Positions 43,555 to 64,000 of a stretch of 64,000 nucleotides of DNA are shown piece after piece. The stretch covers positions 6,438,708 through 6,502,707 of the forward strand of contig CAVNZM010000017.1 of the NCBI GenBank assembly GCA_963693365.1, given 5' to 3'. The translations under genes were made by a program, and so were the position numbers. The stretch comes from Amoebidium appalachense. Its lineage: Eukaryota > Protista > Ichthyosporea. A model generated the notes under the pieces. That model saw only the letters and a list, made by a program, of their open reading frames with translations, ran no database searches and was not told the DNA's origin. Numbering within the stretch: position 1 is the stretch's first letter; each line of letters begins with the position of its first letter.

Positions 43555-44551
43555 ATTGCTTATTTTTTGAAAACTACAAAATAATAAACGTATAATAAAA
43601 GGGGTAACCTTTAGGGAAAAGGTAAGCAACCAAAGCAAAGAAAGAAAACTGGCTGGGCACGCGATGTGTCAGCCTAAAGATCAGGAAAGGGCAACCTTTT
43701 TGGCGGGAACAAATGTGGATAAGTAATAATGTGATAGTGCATGATAAAAAGGGTTTAATGTCTTTAGATTATAGTTTTAAAAGTATAATAATTGTTTAAC
43801 TGAGTTTCTTACAATTTTCTTTTTATCTTGTAGGTTACTGTTCTCACATGCCCTGTGCCTATTTATAGCCCACTGAGCTCTGCATGTACATACACACACA
43901 GCGCTAATTATTAGCAGGGGTCAAGTTTTCATGTATAATTCTAATATCGTAGAATTAAATACAGGTGCATTTTAATGCACAGCTCCCCTTTTAGTAACCT
44001 TCCCCAGAAAAAGTCGGTCGGTCAATGGTTTGGGTGCCCTTTGTCCATAATTGCCAATCTTGACATTTCAATTGAATCTGAAGCCCTTGACTTCGCCTCG
44101 CAAACCATATTTGAAGAGTAGGATCTACACACTAGTTCTAGGTAAGTTGTCTTTAGTACATGTTTCCGAGAGGGATGAATGTCTAGCTCTTTTTTGCTCT
44201 TCACACACCTGAATCATGACTACGCTACACATCACGTGGGCGCCACGTTAATGAGTACAATGGGTTAGAGGTGATTTTGCGTTCTCCGGCGTAACCATAT
44301 TTGGATTTGGATTTATGTTCTTACGTGGCACGTGAGCAAAGGCAAACTGCTTGATTTATAAGTATTTGTACATGTCCTTGGTCAATAGGAATGCTTTCCT
44401 TAAGTGCTATTTGACTAACGTTCCTCTACAATCACCATGTTCACATCCCCCCCCCCCCCCCCCCCCCCCCCACACACACACCCATCCCCTCTCCCCCCCC
44501 CCCCCTCCCCCCCCCCACCCCCGCCGACCACCACCACCACCACTACCACCA

Positions 44552-44602
<51 letters not shown>

Positions 44603-44790
44603 CTCACACACACACAGGCTCACACACATATGCACACAAACACCCTCCTTGCCGCCCACACCCTTCACCCCGCCCTCTAAGAGCACAAATACACAAACAC
44701 GTGCGCGCTCGCACACACACACACACATTAGCTCTCTCTCTCTGTTTCTCTGTCTGTCTCCATTTCTCTTTCTTGTTCTTACGCACGTAC

Positions 44791-44853
<63 letters not shown>

Positions 44854-45034
44854 AACACGTCTACACGTCTACACACACACACACACACGCACACCAACAC
44901 GTCTACAATCCCCCACCTCTCCCCTCCCCCTCCCCCCCCCCCCCCCCCCCCCCCCTCCCCCCCCCCCCCCCCCTTCCCCCCCCCCACACACAAATACACT
45001 CGTCCACAGTCACCCAAAACACTGTTGGGACACA
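43555..45034. promoter_or_regulatory. Divergent intergenic region between ZRANB2-like and REXO-like genes
   Basis: Head-to-head ATGs 1.5 kb apart; the first half is AT-rich and free of microsatellites. Promoter function is inferred from position only. Confidence 0.45.
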
Positions 45035-59404
<14,370 letters not shown>

Positions 59405-59466
59405 TTGCACGCCTTGGCATTACTGTGGATGTGTGACGGGGGAAACGTGTGCATCTAAGTTGTGGA

Positions 59467-59518
<52 letters not shown>

Positions 59519-60249
59519 ATAGTCGGTGATGTGTGAAGGACAGGAGGTGTATGTGTTTGTAAGAAAGACATTGCATCCAAACACGTGCCCCAGCACAAGC
59601 ACATTGAGCACACATGCCCATTCGAGACCATAGTACATGTGGGCACACTTTCATACAAAACACTAAAAACGTGCGAAAATATCCAGTGGTCTAATATGCG
59701 CGTATGCACAGAAAACATTCACCGTTTTTCTTTTTAATAAAAAGAGTGCTAGTCTCGCATAGCTCCTGTAGCAAGCATGATAATACTCTCTGGATATTTT
59801 TTTTATTTGTCGTGTCGAAGTAGCTGCAGCGGGTTTTTTGGTAGGGTATGATACTGGCATGAATTTACTACACGCACACTTCAATAACAAAAAAAGCATC
59901 TGTTTCATATGTCGTATTATGTCGTATTTACAGTTTCTTGCGAATGTAACTCTTGCTCTGTTTACTCTGTGCTACACACAATCTTCACCTTTTCGCGACG
60001 GTGTACCATGTATGTAATAGTGAAAGAGCCTGTCTATGATGGCAGCAGGCACACAGTGTGTAGTAAATGTGGTAGTGAGATTCTCTTGTGTGGCTGGTAC
60101 CCACTAACTATGAAATACGGAGGTTTTTGGTTCAGGACTTGATGTGCGAAGAAAAGAAAATGGAAAAGAAAATAAAAATGAAGAAACACTGGCCCAGGTC
60201 CACGAGCAAGTTTTGGTGTGTGATTTTGTTGGGCGAGGCAGCGACTGGC

Positions 60250-60297
<48 letters not shown>

Positions 60298-60362
60298 TGT
60301 GTGTGTGAGCGTGTGTTTGTGTGTGTGTGTGTGTTTCTTTGTTTTGGTGAAGCATTTACGTG

Positions 60363-60437
<75 letters not shown>

Positions 60438-60549
60438 ATGTGTGTGTCGGTGTGTGTGTGTTTGTGTGGGTAGTGTGGGTATGTGGGTGGGTGTTGTGTG
60501 TGTGCACGGTGCGTCCCTTTCTCTCTCTCTTCAGCCCTCTCTCCCTCTC

Positions 60550-60605
<56 letters not shown>

Positions 60606-60677
60606 TCCCTCTCTCCCTCTTCCTCTCTCTCTCCCTCTCTCCCTCTTCCCCTCTCTCTCTCTCTCTCTCTCCCTCTC

Positions 60678-60749
<72 letters not shown>

Positions 60750-60856
60750 TCCCTCTTTCTCTCTCTCTCTCTCTCTCCCTCTTCCTCTCTGTCTCTTCCT
60801 CTCTGTGCACATGTGTTTGTGTGTGTACACTGAGTGTGTGACTGTGCTTGTGTGTG

Positions 60857-60943
<87 letters not shown>

Positions 60944-61026
60944 TTGGGAGAAGGAGGAGGAGGGGGGGGGGGGGGGGGGGGGGGGACGGTAAATGTGCAT
61001 TATGGGCGTGCTCTTTTTTCCAACCT

Positions 61027-61063
<37 letters not shown>

Positions 61064-61725
61064 CCTCCTTCTCCCAAACGCACACACACACGCAGGGGCC
61101 AAAAATAAAAATAAAAAAAATAAAAGGCACACACAATGGACTCAACCATCTTCTTCTTTCACAGCTCACATATTTCTACTGGTGGATTCACATAACCAGA
61201 GTATTTATCATATGATATTTCCATAGATCCTATTGGTCACTTAAAGGGTGTTACAGTATCACCCTTACATGCCCCATGTATTCTCATAATCACCACCTTG
61301 GTGACCCACCCACCTAAATGTACAACACATAACAGTACAGCCTTACTGCGTTTGCCATTCTTTCTCATAGGCCTACTTTTAGTAGTTATTCGTTTGTCTT
61401 CTAGCCATGCCCCGTGTTGCTCTAGACCTATCCACATCACATCTTATCTCAAGCCTTCAAAAAACGTGATATTCTTACCACCAACTACAAACAGGACCCA
61501 CCCCCCCCACCCCCCCACACCACCAACACACACGCAATACACACATACACTATCGCACACCACGTAGTGTAATAGCTCTAGTGTAAGATAACGGAAAGGT
61601 GCCCCCACATAAAGCACACTTACAAATCCAAAATCCGACTTATCTGAAGAGGAAAAAACACCCCATCCCCCACCACCATAGCCCATACATGTTTAATAAC
61701 ATCATGATACCATCACACCACCCCC

Positions 61726-62459
61726 CTACTCCTTTCTAGCCATCTTCCTAGGTCTCCATTTCTTAGGCACTGGAATCTTCTTTCTCTTCTTCCCCTTCTT
61801 ACTTTCCTCCTCCCCATCCTCCTCCTCCTCTTCCTCCCCCTCCTCCCTCTCTGCCTCCCCACTCGCCCCCTCCCCTCCCTTCGCCCCCTGTGCCTGCCCC
61901 TCCCTCCCCCTCTCTGCCTGTCTCTCCCTCTCCTCCGCCTCTTTCTCTATCTGCTCCTGAAGACTCTGCCGCTTGGCATGAAGCTCAGCCTCCACTGTGG
62001 AAGAAAAACACGTGGTCAGATAGATAGCACGTGGTCAGATAAACACGTGGTCAGATAAACAGTGTCGGATAGAACACAAGCACACCAAGCACTCCTCCAC
62101 AACCAACACAGTACCACCCACCCACCACACATCAGGCAGCCACAGAACCCCCCCTCCCCCCCCCCCTTTCGAGCCCAACTCCACGTGTGCATGTGCACCC
62201 ACCCGTGTCCTCCGTGACGAACCTCCACACGTGCACGCCCTTGGTCTGTCCTGGACGCATCACTCGGGCAATGGCTGCACAGGGGGGGAGGGGAGGTCAG
62301 CATGCACGTGTTCAACCACAGCACAGACAGATACACGTGTGCAACACAATCACACAACCCTCTCCTCCCTCTCCGCACATCCTCACGACCCCCATATCTT
62401 TAAACAAGTATACGACCCATGCACACATGCACACCAATCGGAATTGGAGAAGACAAATC

Positions 62460-62492
<33 letters not shown>

Positions 62493-63980
62493 GGGGGGGG
62501 GAAGGAAAAAACACGCACAGACCATACCAATAAGCACATCAGACACATGCAACCACACACACGAGGGGGCACACCCGTTCAAACCCCTCCCCCCTCCCCT
62601 TCCCCCCCCCCCCCCCCCCTCCCCTTCCCCCCCAACCATCCACCCATACATTCACCCACCCTGAGTTTCGTATGCCATCGCCTGTTCCTCCGTTGCACAG
62701 TCCATGGGGTGGACCACAAACACGTGGTTGGCCCACACAAGGTTCATCCCTGCACCACACCATGTCAGCACACACCAACCACCGTACACCCCCCCATGCA
62801 TGCTTACACCATGCACCATCCTGACACGAGCCGGGCCACCCCTTTGGCTCCCCCCCCCCCCCCCCCCCCCCCCTCCCCTCCCCCACACTCAACTCTCCCA
62901 CACACATCCTACACGCTTGAGGTAATCCCCCCCTCCCCCCCCCCCCCTCCCAATCCCCAAAAAAGACACCTACCAGAAGCCCTCTTTTCCAGGGACAGGG
63001 TCAGGACGTTGCAGTTGGGGTCGTGGGTGAAGTTCTCCAGGCTGGGGGGTAGAAGGGGTTAGCACTCACACCAAGGAATTGCGCAAATACACTATCTGTT
63101 GTTCTTGCCTCCATAACAATCCCCCCCCCACCCAACCCTCCCCCCCCTCCCCCCCCCCCCCTCCAAACATACCACGAGTTGAGCTGGAAGATGGACCCCT
63201 CGAGGTGTTCAAACCTGATGCCGCACTGCTTGAATGCGCTGCCTATCTTGGCCAATAAGTCCTCCCACTGCGCAAACACTATCACCTTGGCTGTGGGGTC
63301 GTTCTCTCTGATCTTGCTCAGTTGCTGCACCATGGCTCGAATCTTGCTGCCGTACTTGGCTGCATCCCCAAACGCTGTACGCGTGTGTGTAAATGTGTGT
63401 GTAAATGTGTGTGTGTGAGTGTGAATGAGTGAGTGTGTGTGCGTGTGTACGTGTGTGTGTGCGTGTACAAGTGTGTGTGGTGTGTGTGTGTGCGTGTGTG
63501 TGTGCGTGTACGTGTGTGTGGGTGTGTGTGTGTGTGTGTGTGTGCGAGCGCGCATGCATGCATGTGCGTGTTGATGTGTTTGTGTGTGTGTGTCCGTGTG
63601 TGTCAGTGAGCGTGTTTACCCCTGCCTGTGTGAACGAATGAGAAAGAATGTGTGTGTGGGGAGGGGTGGGTGTGTTCGTGTGCGCACGCGTGCGTGCATA
63701 TGTGTGCAAGAATGTATATGTATGTGTGGGAGAAAGAACGGAGACAATGGGAGGATGGAGAGAAGCGTTGTGAGTGTGTGTCGTAACCTCAAAAAACGGA
63801 TGATATATGCATTTGTGCATGTGCATGCCCTTTTTAGCATGCATGGGCATGCACCAGGCCAAACATACCATCCTCCTTTGCGTCGGGGCCCTCTTTCATG
63901 ACGTCACTGACGTACTTGATGATGTCATTGTTGGTTAGCTCGTGCTTGCAGATGGGGCACGTGTGGTACTGGTTCACGGC
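61726..63980 (-). CDS. RING-containing SNF2-family ATPase (RAD5/RAD16/SHPRH-like), 3' part; 5' end outside the window
   Basis: Exons (minus) 63980-63869 (RING end CPICK), 63374-63173 (YGSKIRAMV...KVIVFAQW), 63041-62974 ([11 protein letters not shown]), 62749-62660 ([15 protein letters not shown]), 62274-62203 ([25 protein letters not shown]), 61994-61726 (VE..., stop); helicase motifs IV-VI, all phases compatible. Confidence 0.9.
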
Positions 63981-64000
63981 CTGGGGGTATTCGGGGTAAG

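Overview
Intron-rich eukaryotic genomic DNA (opisthokont-like; a unicellular holozoan is a guess only). Almost every intron carries (CA/TG)n, (CT)n or poly-C/poly-G tracts, so nearly all ORFs in the supplied track are microsatellite artefacts. Five spliced genes were reconstructed by hand from GT-AG sites and phase compatibility. (1) A 5'-partial surface protein (+, 122-19643) with 22 single-exon calcium-binding EGF repeats, a Ser/Thr mucin-like stalk, Cys-rich modules and a probable TM segment. (2) A two-finger GATA factor (+, 33249-36528). (3) A ZRANB2-like splicing factor (-, 39334-43554). (4) A Rex1/REXO-family DEDDh 3'-5' exoribonuclease (+, 45035-59404). (5) The 3' part of a RING-containing RAD5/SHPRH-like SNF2 ATPase (-, 61726-63980). 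Non-genic highlights are a 5.8 kb in-register (GTT)n array with ~2.68 kb higher-order periodicity, a 1.8 kb TSD-flanked retro-element with a tRNA-like head fused to a LINE ORF2 3' remnant, and two MITE-like elements. The most unusual signal is a five-copy structured repeat in the exonuclease introns. It shows compensatory stem changes and contains hammerhead-core-like motifs (GUU, GAAA, CUGAGGA) in a non-canonical pseudoknotted order; catalytic activity is untested. Several +1 homopolymer indels and fold-back repeats at poly-C/G tracts suggest some assembly noise.
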